Below, piece by piece: positions 41,701 to 52,139 of a stretch of DNA of 64,000 nt. Position 1 is the stretch's first letter. Every line of letters begins with the position of its first letter. This DNA comes from Antedon mediterranea (taxonomy: Eukaryota > Animalia > Echinodermata): NCBI RefSeq assembly GCF_964355755.1, contig NC_092672.1:17249237-17313236 (forward strand), given 5' to 3'. The notes below the pieces were generated by a model. The model searched no databases. It was not told the DNA's origin and was given only the letters and a program-made list of their open reading frames with translations. The position numbers and the translations under genes are program-made.

Positions 41701-43970
41701 GACATTTACAACCCTCAAAATATCTCACTTTCAAAAAAATTTTTTTTTTTCAATTTAAAAAAAAAGAAAAGAAATATCCCTAGAGGTTCGAACCCACTAC
41801 TGCGAGCACTCAAACTTGAGCATTACCCGTTACGCCTCAAACCAGTAGATGACTGAGTAGCTGATAATACTCTATTTATATGAAATGAATGATCAATCAA
41901 TGAAAAATAATGCCATGCAACTTTGTTTTTGATTGAAAAAAATGTTCACTTGTTTAGGCCTGACATTTACAACCCTCAAAATATCTCACTTTCAAAAACA
42001 ATATTTATTTTCAAATAAAAAAAATATCCTTACAGGTTGGAACCCGCTACTGAGAGAACTCAAACCTGGGTATTACCCGGTACGCCACAAACCAGTAGAT
42101 AACTGAAGATCTGATAATAGTATATTTATATGAAATTAATGATCAATCAATGAAAAATAATGCCATGCAACTTTGTTTCTGATTTTAAAAAAAGGTTCAT
42201 TTGTTTAGGCCTGACATTTACAACCCTCAAAATATCTCACTTTCAAAAACAATATTATTTTCAATAAAAAAAAAAAGAAACAAAATATCCGTAGAGGTTC
42301 GAAGCCACTAGTGAAAGCACTCAGACTTGAGCATTACCCGTTATGCCACAAACTAGTAGATGACTGAAGAGCTGATAATACTCTATTTTTATGAAATAAA
42401 TAATAAATCAATGAAAAATAATGCCATGCAACTTTGTTTCTGATTTTTAAAAAAGGTTCATTTGTTTAGGCCTGACATTTACAACCCTCAAAATATCTCA
42501 TTTTCAAAAAACATATTTATTTTCAATTTAAAAAAAAAGAAAAAAATATTGGTAGAGGTTCGACCCACTACTGCGAGAACTCAAACCTGAGCATTACCCG
42601 TTACGCCACAAACTAGTAGATGACTGAAGAGCTGATAATAGTTTATTTATATGAAATGAATGATCAATCAATGAAAAATAATGCCATGCAACTTTGTTTC
42701 TGATTCTAAAAAAGATCCATTTGTTTAGGCCTGATATTCACAACCCTAAAAAATATCTCATTTAAAAAAAAAATATTTATTTTCAATAAGAAAAAAAAAG
42801 CAATATCTCTAGAGGTTGGAACCCTCTACAGAGAGCACTCAAACCTGGGTATTAGCCGTTACGCCACAAACCAGTAGATAACTGAATAGCTGATAATAGT
42901 CTATTTTTATGAAATTAATGATCAATCAATGAAAAATAATGCCATGCAACTTTGTTTCTGATTTTTAAAAAGGTTCACTTGTTTAGGCCTGACATTTACA
43001 ACCCTCAAAATATCTCACTTTCAAAAACAATATTTAATTTCAATTAAAAAAAAAAAGAAACAAAATATCCGTAGAGGTTCGAACCCACTAGTGAGAGCAC
43101 TCAAACTTGAGCATTACCCGTTACGCCACAAACCAGTAGATGGCTGAAGAGCTGATAATACTCTATTTATATGAAATCAATAATAAATCAATGAAAAATA
43201 ATGCCATGCAACTTTGTTTCTGATTTTAAAAAAGGTCCACTTGTTTAGGCCTGATATTTACAACCCTCAAAATATCTCACTTTCAAAAACAATATTATTT
43301 TCAATTTTAAAAAAAAAAATCCCTAGAGGTTCGAACCCACTACCGAGAGCCCACAAACCAGTAGATGACTGAGGAGCTGATAATAGTCTATTTATATGAA
43401 ATGAATGATTAATCAATGAAAAATAATGCCATGCAACTTTGTTTCTGATTTTAAAAAAGGTCCACTTGTTTAGGCCTGACATTTACAACCCTCAAAATAT
43501 CTCACTTTCAAAAACAATATTTATTTTCAATTAAAAAAAAAAGAAAAAAATATTCGTAGAGGTTCGAACCCACTACTGCGAGAACTCAAACATGAGCACT
43601 ACCGGTTACCCCACAAACCAGTAGATGACTGAAGAGCTGATAACAGTCTATTTATATGAAATGAATGATCAATCAATGAAAAATAATGCCATGCAACTTT
43701 GTTTCTGATTGAAAAAAATGTCCACTTGTTTAGGCCTGACATTTACAACCCTCAAAATATCTCACTTTCAAAAACAATATTTATTTTCAAATAAAAAAAA
43801 AATATCCTTACAGATTCGAACCCACTACTGGGAGCACTCAAATCTGAGCATTACCCGTTTTGCCATAAAGTAGTACACGACAGAACAGTTTATAATAGTC
43901 TATTTATAAGTGTATTACGTAATTCATCATTACGTCATAAATATCATATTAACCTTTTTAAAACCAAAAT

Positions 43971-44043
43971 GGCCAGTTAGCTCAGACGACTGAGCGTCGT
44001 GTTGACAACACGTATGTCGTGGGTTCGATTCCCACGCTGGTCG
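43971..44043 (+). tRNA. tRNA-like cloverleaf with tRNA-Ile-type body and GAC (Val) anticodon; likely pseudogene or SINE head
   Basis: GGCCAGT TA GCTC AGACGACT GAGC G TCGTG TTGACAA CACGT ATGTC GTGGG TTCGATT CCCAC GCTGGTC G. Acceptor 7/7 pairs (2 GU), D 4/4, anticodon 4/5, T 5/5. The D loop lacks the invariant GG. Confidence 0.7.
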
Positions 44044-44211
44044 GTGGAATAGAGTTAAAGGTATGCGAACAACTGTGTTCACAGAATTTACGTCCCCCTT
44101 TCCACCACACATCTTGAGAAGGCACTGGCAATGCATCTGGTGATGATGTGGTGGAAACGACCCCAAGGCCATGGCAGGGCCTTAGTGCTGAGGTAGGGAA
44201 AGCACATTTTT
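44044..44211 (+). ncRNA. Candidate structured 3' extension of the tRNA-like gene ending in a hairpin plus T5 (SINE body or ncRNA)
   Basis: Stems tttccaccac..atc/gatgtggtggaaa, aaggcc/ggcctt and gtgct/agcac, then ttttt. No T4 run between the tRNA and this point. Confidence 0.35.
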
Positions 44212-44387
44212 AAAATTTTTTTTGGGCTTTCGCTACATGTATTTGATCTCGTAAATTGTATGTTTAGCGCCCTCAATTTAATGTATAAAGAAATTAATTT
44301 ATCTTTGTTACGTGTTTAGAAGAGAATGTATGTCTCTCCGTAGTTTGGTATGCCGTTTGTTATTATGCAAATGAGTTTTTGCAGGTG

Positions 44388-44902
44388 TAGTGGGAAAGAT
44401 GGCATTGTTAGTAATTCGCGGTCAACACGCCACACTGTTGAATTTTGATTTTGTTAATCAATGTTGCTACATTGGTAGCGAAATGTCCGATTCATGCAAG
44501 ATATTGTATTGTAATATGTTATGAATAAACATTTATGGATGGTAGTTGGTGTGTATGGCCGCACCGTCCCAGAATAAACATGTTTTAAACAGATAATTTG
44601 TCTCCGATGATTTTTGTATGGGGTTAATGGAGAGTGAAATAGATCAAATATAGAACATTTGCAAAGATCCCGATTTCCAGACTGATTTCGAAACTTAGAC
44701 TAATTCCACCGCCGGGCTAGGCCTTAGGCATATACGAAGTCGAGTTTTTAAAGTAGAAAACTCTACATAAACTTTTGAATTCGCATCTGGATAGTTGAAT
44801 TTTGAACAAATATCATAAATATCATAGGTGATTATGTATGGTAATAAGTATAAGTATAAGTGCAATTCTGGGCTCTATTTTCATTATTAGCTCTTCCCCC
44901 AA
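44388..44902 (+). repeat. Flank (probable source) copy of the 514-bp block
   Basis: Same sequence as the four in-array copies but continuous with non-satellite DNA on both sides. Partial copies at 47046-47320 and (diverged) ~45093-45210. Confidence 0.9.
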
Positions 44903-45384
44903 AACATGGTGGGCTAGTAGGCCTACTGGAGACCTAATATTTAATTTCATATTTCAATGAATATGTACACTTTCCGGGGACAAGCTCTATTGTCCTTGAT
45001 AGTCTTATATATTTTGTTTCATATAATTTCAAATCATGTAAAGTACCATTTTCAGGCTGGAGTCTGTGCAACTCTATTTTTTTATTTTAAACAGTTTGGT
45101 ATGCCGTCGTGGTTGTTATGCAAATGAGCTTGTGCACGTGTATTATGGGGAAGATAATATGTTAATAATTCGCGGTCAACACGCCACACTGTTAAATTTT
45201 GACGCTGTTAATATTTACATTAGAATATTGTTCAAATCATGTAAATAAAACATTTTCCGGGCGGGAACCCAGCAGCTCTCGAAAAGAACTCCAGGTGGAA
45301 AAGAACCTCATCCATGAGTACTGAATATGAAGGAGCACATTGGCTTCTTTTGGAGGCTTTATGGCAGTCTTTTTACATGTATTT

Positions 45385-46560
45385 GATTTCAAAAACAATA
45401 TTTATTTGCAATTTAAAAAAAAAAGAAAAAAATATTCCTAGAGGTTCGAACCCACTACTGAGAGAACTCAAACCTGAGCATTACCGGTTACGCCACAAAC
45501 CAGTAGATGAGTGAAGAGCTGATAATAGTCTATTTATATGAAATGAATGATCCATCAATGTAAAATGATGTTGTGCAACTTTGTTTCTGATTTAAAAAAA
45601 GGTCCACTTGGTTAGGCTAGACATTTAAAACCATAAAAATATCTCACTTTCAAAAACAATATTTATTTTCAAATAAAAAAAAAAGAAAAAAAAATCCCTA
45701 GATGTTCGAACCCACTATTGAAATCACTCAAACCTGAGCATTACCCGTTACGCCGCAAACCAGTATATGACTGAAGAGCTGATAATAGTCTATTTATATG
45801 AAATGAATGATCAAAATAATGCCATGCAACTTTGTTTCTGATTTTAAAAAAGGTTCACTTGTTTAGGCCTGACATTCACAACCCTAAAAAATATCTCATT
45901 TTCAAAAGAAATATTTATTTTGAATAAGAAAAAAAAGCAATATCCCTAGAGGTTGGAACCCGCTACTGAGAGCACTCAAACCTGGGTATTACCCGTTACG
46001 CCACAAACCAGTAGATAACTGAAGAGCTGATAATAGTCTATTTATATGAAATTAATGATCAATCAATGTAAAATAATGCCATGCAACTTTGTTTCTGATT
46101 TTAAAAAAGGTCCACTTATTTAGGCCTGACATTTACAACCCTCAAAATATCTCACTTTCAAAAACAATATTTATTTTCAATTAAAAGAAAAAAAGAAAAA
46201 AAATATTCGTAGAGGTTTGAACCCACTACTGCTAGAACTCAAACATGAGCACTACCGGTTACGCCACAAACCAGTAGATGACTGAAGAGCTGATAACAGT
46301 CTATTTATATGAAATGAATGATCAATCAATGAAAAATAATGCCATGCAACTTTGTTTCTGATTGAAAAAAATGTCCACTTGTTTAGGCCTGACATTTACA
46401 ACCCTCAAAATATCTCACTTTCAAAAACAATATTTATTTTCAAATAAAAAAAAATATCCTTACAGGTTCGAACCCACTACTGGGAGCACTCAAATCTGAG
46501 CATTACCCGTTTTGCCATAAAGTAGTACACGACAGAACAGTTTATAATAGTCTATTTATA
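45385..46560. repeat. Short, more diverged outlier of the 260-bp satellite (~4.5 monomers)
   Basis: Same monomer motifs with more substitutions; ends in the same terminal variant monomer as at ~43910. Confidence 0.92.
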
Positions 46561-47320
46561 AGTGTATTGCGTAATTCATCATTACGTCATAAATATCATA
46601 TTAACCTTTTTAAAACCAAAATGACCAGTTAGCTCAGACGACTGAGCGTCGTGTTGACAACACGTATGTCATGGGTTCGATTCCCACGCTGGTCGGTGAA
46701 ATAGAGTTAAAGGTATGCGACCAACTGTGTTTGGGGTTCACAGAATTTACGTCCCCCTTTCCACCACACATCTTGAGAATGCACTAGCAATGCATCTGGT
46801 GATGATGTGGTGGAAACGACCCCAAGGCCGTGGCAGGGCCTTAGTGCTGAGGCAGGGAGAGCACATTTTTTAAATTTTTTTTGGCTTTCGCAACATGTAT
46901 TTGATCTCGTAAATGTTATTTTTAGCGCCCTCAATTTAATGTAAAAAGAAATTAATTTATATTCGTTACGTGTTTAGAAGAGAATGTATGTCTCATCGTA
47001 GTTTGGTATGCCGTTTGTTATTATGCAAATGAGTTTTTGCAGGTGTAGTGGGAAAGATGGTATTGTTAGTAATTCGCGGTCAAAACGCCAAACTGTTGAA
47101 TTTTGATTTTGTTAATCAATGTTGCTACATTGGTAGCGAAATGTCCGATTCATGCAAGATATTGTATTGTAATATGTTATGAATAAACATTTATGGATGG
47201 TAGTTGGTGTGTATGGTGTGTATGTCCCAGAATAAATATGTTTTAAACAGATAATTTGTCTCCGATGATTTTTGTATGGGGTTAATGGAGAGTGAAATAG
47301 ATCAAATATAGAACATTTGA
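46075..47320 (+). repeat. Duplicate of the array boundary cassette (~43425-44660)
   Basis: The last two monomers, spacer, tRNA-like gene, extension and start of the 514-bp block are repeated in order with scattered differences. Confidence 0.92.
46623..46695 (+). tRNA. Second copy of the tRNA-like cloverleaf (GAC)
   Basis: GACCAGT...GCTGGTC G; differs from copy 1 at acceptor position 2 (A-T instead of G-T) and at the first T-stem base. Confidence 0.65.
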
Positions 47321-48115
47321 AATACATTAGCACAATATATGTGCATAAATAGCAATATTATAGCATAATTTTTGAATTTTAAAAAGTGGAAATTTTATTC
47401 ATTTTTCGAGAAAAAAAAAGCAAAATTTCGACCCTTTTATTTTTTGACATAACTAGTTACTCTGGCTGTATAAGATGATGTTAGCACAATATATTTGCAT
47501 AAATGGCAATATTATAGCATGTGGGAATTTTAGCCATTTTTCGACCCTTTTATTATTTTGACATAACTAGCTGCTATTTCTCTATAAGATGATGTTAACA
47601 CAATATATTTGGATAAATGCCAATATTATAGCATAATTATTGTATTTTAAAAAGTGGAAATTTTCGCCATTTTTCGAAAAAATTCCTATGGTCCCCAACA
47701 GGGAAATTTTCGAAAAATGGCCAAATTTTGATCCTTTTATTTTTTGACATAACTAGTTACTATGGCTCTATAAGATGATGTTAGCACAATATATTTGCAT
47801 AAATGGCCATATTATAGCATAATTTTTGAATTTTAAACAATGGAAATTTTGACCATTTTTCGAAAAAAAAATCCTATGGTCACCCGCAGGGAAATTTTTC
47901 GAAAAATGGCCAAATTTCGAACCTTTTATTTCTTGACATAACTAGTTACTATGGCTCTATAAGATGATGCTAACACAATATATGCGCATAAATGGCAATA
48001 TTCTAGCCTAATTATAGAATTTTGAAAATTTGGAAATTTTTGCCATTTTCGAAAAAATTCCTATGATCCCCCGCAGGAAAATTTTCGCAAAAATGGCCAA
48101 ACTTCAAACCTTTTA

Positions 48116-48319
48116 TTAGTCGCGTGGACGCGACTCTACAGTTCACTATGTTGGTCGGTCTGTCGGTCGGTCTGTCTGTCGGTCCGGTATCACTTTGCGT
48201 TTTATCGCTTTTCTGTACTTTTTGAACTGTTTTGATGTACAGAAAAGTTTTAAAGTACATTACTTTTTGAAAGTTCATTTATTTCTGAGAGCACGCAACT
48301 TATTGTTGTTGGCCTTGTT
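48116..48319 (+). mobile_element. Short DINE-1/HINE-like (Helentron-associated) element, copy 1
   Basis: Inserted in a T run of the satellite. 5' hairpin agtcgcg-tgga-cgcgact, (GGTC/GTCT)n microsatellite, and 3' sub-terminal inverted repeat gcacgcaacttat. Confidence 0.75.
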
Positions 48320-48635
48320 TTTTGACATAACGAGTTACTATGGCTCTATAAGATGATGTTAACACAATATATGTGCATAAATGGCAATATTATAGTCTAA
48401 TTATTGAATTTTAAAAGGTGGAAATTTTGGTCGTTTTCGACCCTTTTATATTTTGACATAAGTAGTTGCTGTGGCTCTATAAGATGATGTTAGCACAATA
48501 TATGTGCATAAATGGCAATACTATAGCATAATTATAGAATTTAAAAAATTGGAAATTTTTGCCATTTTTCGAAAAAAATCGTTAGGTCCCCCGCAGGGAA
48601 ATTTTCGCAAAAATGGCCAAACTTCAAACCTTTTA

Positions 48636-48835
48636 TTAGTCGTGTGGACGCGACTCTACAGTTCACTATGTCGGTCGGTCTGTCGGTCTGTCTGTCGGTC
48701 CGGTATCACTTTGCGTTTTATCGCTTTTCTGTACTTTTTGAACTGTTTTGATGTACAGAAAAGTTTTAAAGTACATTACTTTTTGAAAGTTCATTTATTT
48801 CTGAGAGCACGCAACTTATTGTTGTTGGCCTTGTT
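48636..48835 (+). mobile_element. DINE-1/HINE-like element, copy 2 (co-duplicated with flanking satellite, ~520-bp period)
   Basis: Same element with the same flanks as copy 1. Confidence 0.75.
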
Positions 48836-49676
48836 TTTTGACATAACGAGTTACTATGGCTCTATAAGATGATGTTAACACAATATATGTGCATAAATGG
48901 CAATATTATAGTCTAATTATTGAATTTTAAAAGGTGGAAATTTTGGTCGTTTTCGACCCTTTTATATTTTGACATAAGTAGTTGCTGTGGCTCTATAAGA
49001 TGATGTTAGCACAATATATGTGCATAAATGGCAATACTATAGCCTAATTATAGAATTTAAAAAATTGGAAATTTTTGCCATTTTTCGAAAAAAATCGTTA
49101 GGTCCCACGCAGGGAAATTTTCGCAAAAATGACCAAATTTCGATCCTTTTATTTTTGACATAACTCGTTACTATGGCTCTATAAGATGATGTTAACACAA
49201 TATAATATGTGCATAAATGGCAATATTATAGTCTAATTATTGAATTTTAAAAGGTGGACATTTTGGTCATTTTTCGAAAAAATTCCTATGGTCCCCCGTA
49301 GGAAAATTTTCGAAAAATAGCCCAATTTCGACCCTTTTATTTTTTGACATAACTAGTTACTCTGGCTGTATAAGATGTTTTTAGCACAATATATTTGCAT
49401 AAATGGCAATATTATAGCATAATTTTCGAATTTAAAAAAGTGTAAATTTTCGCCATTTTTCGAAAAAAAAAATCTAATGGTCCCCCGCAGGGAAATTTTT
49501 GAAAAATGGCAAAATTTAGACCCTTTTATTTTTTGACATAACTAGTTACTATGGCTCTATAAGATGATGTTAGCACAATATATGTGCATAAATGGCAATA
49601 TTATAGCATAATTTTTGAAATTTAAAAAGTAAAAATTTTGGCCATTTTTCGAAAAAATTCCTATGGTCCCCCGGAG

Positions 49677-50556
49677 GCGATTTTTTTTTTCGTACATAAG
49701 TTGGGGACCCCGCATGGAACGTCAAAAAATAATAAATAATAATTCATCAGTTAAATGTTCTTGTTCCGTGTGCACCCAAGCGTATAGCAACAAGAAGTGA
49801 TTACACAAGTGCGGTACGATTCTAGGCCTATCTCCGCTGTGGTTGCGGCGTGCGATTTCATAAAAGAATAACGGCGTTTTGTGTGGATTGTCGAAATAAT
49901 CAGCCTTTAGTTTATGGTGTTTTTAATATAATTTATTACTAAAGAATTACGTGTTAAAATGATAGTTTCTACATGTATTAGGCCTAATGTTAGTCTCTAA
50001 ACCCATGTCTATTCTAGAAGTAGCTGACGTGTATGTTAGGTATGACACAGTCCGAGTAATACTAATAAGTCAGCAAAATTAAACAATAAACATTACACAA
50101 AAATAAATTTTTTATTCTCGTGGGTCTAATCTTCCCATCTCATGTGTTCATATACGCGCATTTTAAAGTTCCTTTGAGTACATATTGTTTGATAATAAAA
50201 TAGGAGAATTAAAAAAATTACAGTACACAATTTATACACATTCTTTATTCTTGTGGGTAAAGCTTTTTTTGGGCTATGTCCAATTACTACTGAGTTGAAT
50301 GTGTCTTGCCTAGCTGTCGATTAGCCTCGACACATTATGCATAGTGCCAGTGGTGTGTGTGAAGAAGAGGGCCCGAAGGCAATCACGTGAATTGACCTAT
50401 AATCCTAGGCCTACTGTAGAAAGAATCGTATCGCTTGATGTAATCACTTCTTGTTGCTATACGCTTGGGTGCACACGGAAAAACAAATTAACTGATGAAT
50501 TGTTCATGTTTATTTTGTGACGTTTCATGAGGGGTCCCCAACTTATGTACGAAAAA
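49677..50556. mobile_element. MULE-like MITE with ~150-bp TIRs; right tip lost at a microsatellite
   Basis: Left gcgattttttttttcgtacataagttggggacccc...gcaacaagaagtgattaca is mirrored at ~50423-50556. The terminus matches the MITE at 54730; no TSD recoverable. Confidence 0.8.
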
Positions 50557-51245
50557 GAGAGAGAGAGATAGATCAGCGAGAGAGAGATAGATCAGCGAGA
50601 GAGAGATAGATCAGCGAGAGAGATATAGATCAGCGAGAGAGATATAGATCAGCGAGAGAGATATAGATCAGCAAGAGAGAGATAGATCAGCGAGAGAGAG
50701 ATAGATCAGCGAGAGAGAGATAGATCAGCGAGAGAGAGAGATAGATCAGCGAGAGAGAGATAGATCAGCGAGAGAGAGATAGATCAGCGAGAGAGAGATA
50801 GATCAGCGAGAGAGAGATATATAGATCAGCAAGAGAGAGATAGATCAGCGAGAGAGAGAGATAGATAGATCAGCGAGAGAGAGATAGATCAGCGAGAGAG
50901 AGATAGATCAGCGAGAGAGAGATAGATAGATCAGCGAGAGAGAGATAGATCAGCGAGAGAGAGATAGATAGATCAGCGAGAGAGAGATAGATCAGCGAGA
51001 GAGAGAGAGATAGATCAGCGGGGGAGAGATAGATCAGCGAGAGAGAGAGAGATAGATCAGCGAGAGAGAGATAGATCAGCGGGGGAGAGAGATAGATCAG
51101 CGAGAGAGAGATAGATCAGCGAGAGAGAGATAGATCAGAGAGAGAGATAGATCAGCGAGAGAGATAGATCAGCGAGAGAGAGAGATAGATCGGCGAGAGA
51201 GAGAGATAGATCAGCGAGAGAGAGAGAGAGATCAGCGAGAGAGAG
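50557..51245. repeat. Compound micro/minisatellite, ~19-bp unit (GA)n-TAGATCAGC
   Basis: agagagatagatcagcgag repeated ~35 times with GA/GATA slippage. Confidence 0.97.
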
Positions 51246-52090
51246 TAATATTGGCATTTATGCAAATATATTATGTTAACATCATCTTATAGAGCCACAG
51301 TAACTAGTTATGTAAAAAAATAAAAGGATCAAAATTTGGCCATTTTTCGAAAATTTCCCTGCTGGGGATCATAGGAATTTTTTCGAAAAATTGCCAAAAT
51401 CTCCACTTTTTAAAATTCTATAATTATCCTATAATATTGGCATTTATGCAAATATATTGTGTTAACATCATCTTATAGAGACATAGCAGCTAGTTATGTC
51501 AAAAAAATAAAAGGGTCAAAAAATGGCCAAAACTCCCACTTTTAAAAATTCAATAATTATGCTATAATATTGCCATTTTTACAAATATATTGTGCTAACA
51601 TCATCTTATAGAGCCATAGTAACTAGTTATGTCAAAAAATAAAAGGGTTAAAATTTGGCCTTTTTTGCGAAAATTTCCGTGGGGAGAGGGAGCGTAGGAA
51701 TTTTTTCGAAAAATGACTAAAATTTCCACTTTTTAAAATTCAAAAATTATGCTATAATATTGACATTTATGGACATTATATTGTGCTGACATCATCTTAT
51801 AGAGCCATAGCAACTACTTATGTCAAAATATAAAAGGGTCGAAAATGGCAAAAAATTTCCACTTTTTAAAATTAAATAATTATGCTATAATTTTGCCATT
51901 TATGGACATATATTGTGTTAACATAATCTTATAGAGCCATAGTAACTAGTTATGTCAAAAAATAAAAGGGTTGAAATTTGGCCATTTTTGCGAAAATTTT
52001 TCCTGCTGGGAACCATAGGAATTTTTTAGAAAAATTGCCAAAATTTCCACTTTTTAAAATTATGCGGTAATATTGCCATTTATGCACATA
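51246..52090 (-). repeat. ~187-bp satellite in inverted orientation
   Basis: catcatcttatagagccatagtaactagttatgtcaaaa is the reverse complement of the 47.3-49.7 kb monomer. Confidence 0.92.
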
Positions 52091-52139
52091 CATACCTTTT
52101 TATTTTTGACTATGGCTCTATAAGATGATGTTAACACTG

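Larger units (their letters stand above)
1..43910. repeat. Tandem satellite, ~255-264 bp monomer, ~150 copies, with higher-order repeat structure; runs off the left edge of the window
   Basis: Motif ccatgcaactttgtttctg recurs every ~260 bp (e.g. 2013, 2276, 2539). Diagnostic monomer variants recur in the same order, and identical spurious ORFs recur at fixed offsets (e.g. 6421, 1775, 1556 bp). Confidence 0.98.
47326..49676 (+). repeat. ~187-bp satellite (with shorter deletion monomers) containing an internal inverted repeat
   Basis: ttagcacaatatatgtgcataaatggc...ataagatgatg repeated (e.g. 49381, 49570); ggccatttttcgaaaa...ttttcgaaaaatggcc dyad in full monomers. Confidence 0.93.

Noticed and set aside
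1-43910. CRISPR-like array
   Set aside because: Whole monomers repeat with no unique spacers, no cas genes, and the context is eukaryotic TE-rich DNA.
44085-44165. Hammerhead ribozyme (tgatga...gaaac with upstream gtc)
   Set aside because: The core is GTGATGA/CTGGTGA rather than CTGATGA, stems I and II cannot be formed, and the GAAA is sequestered in a longer helix.
44365-44372. Octamer ATGCAAAT as an snRNA distal element
   Set aside because: No recognisable snRNA or PSE at the expected distance; the motif also occurs by chance in nearby satellite.
755-45514. Dozens of 60-80 aa ORFs (MPCNFVSDF..., MFLILK...) as a peptide gene family
   Set aside because: They are translations of the satellite; the frame changes freely with A-run length, and there is no domain or codon signal.
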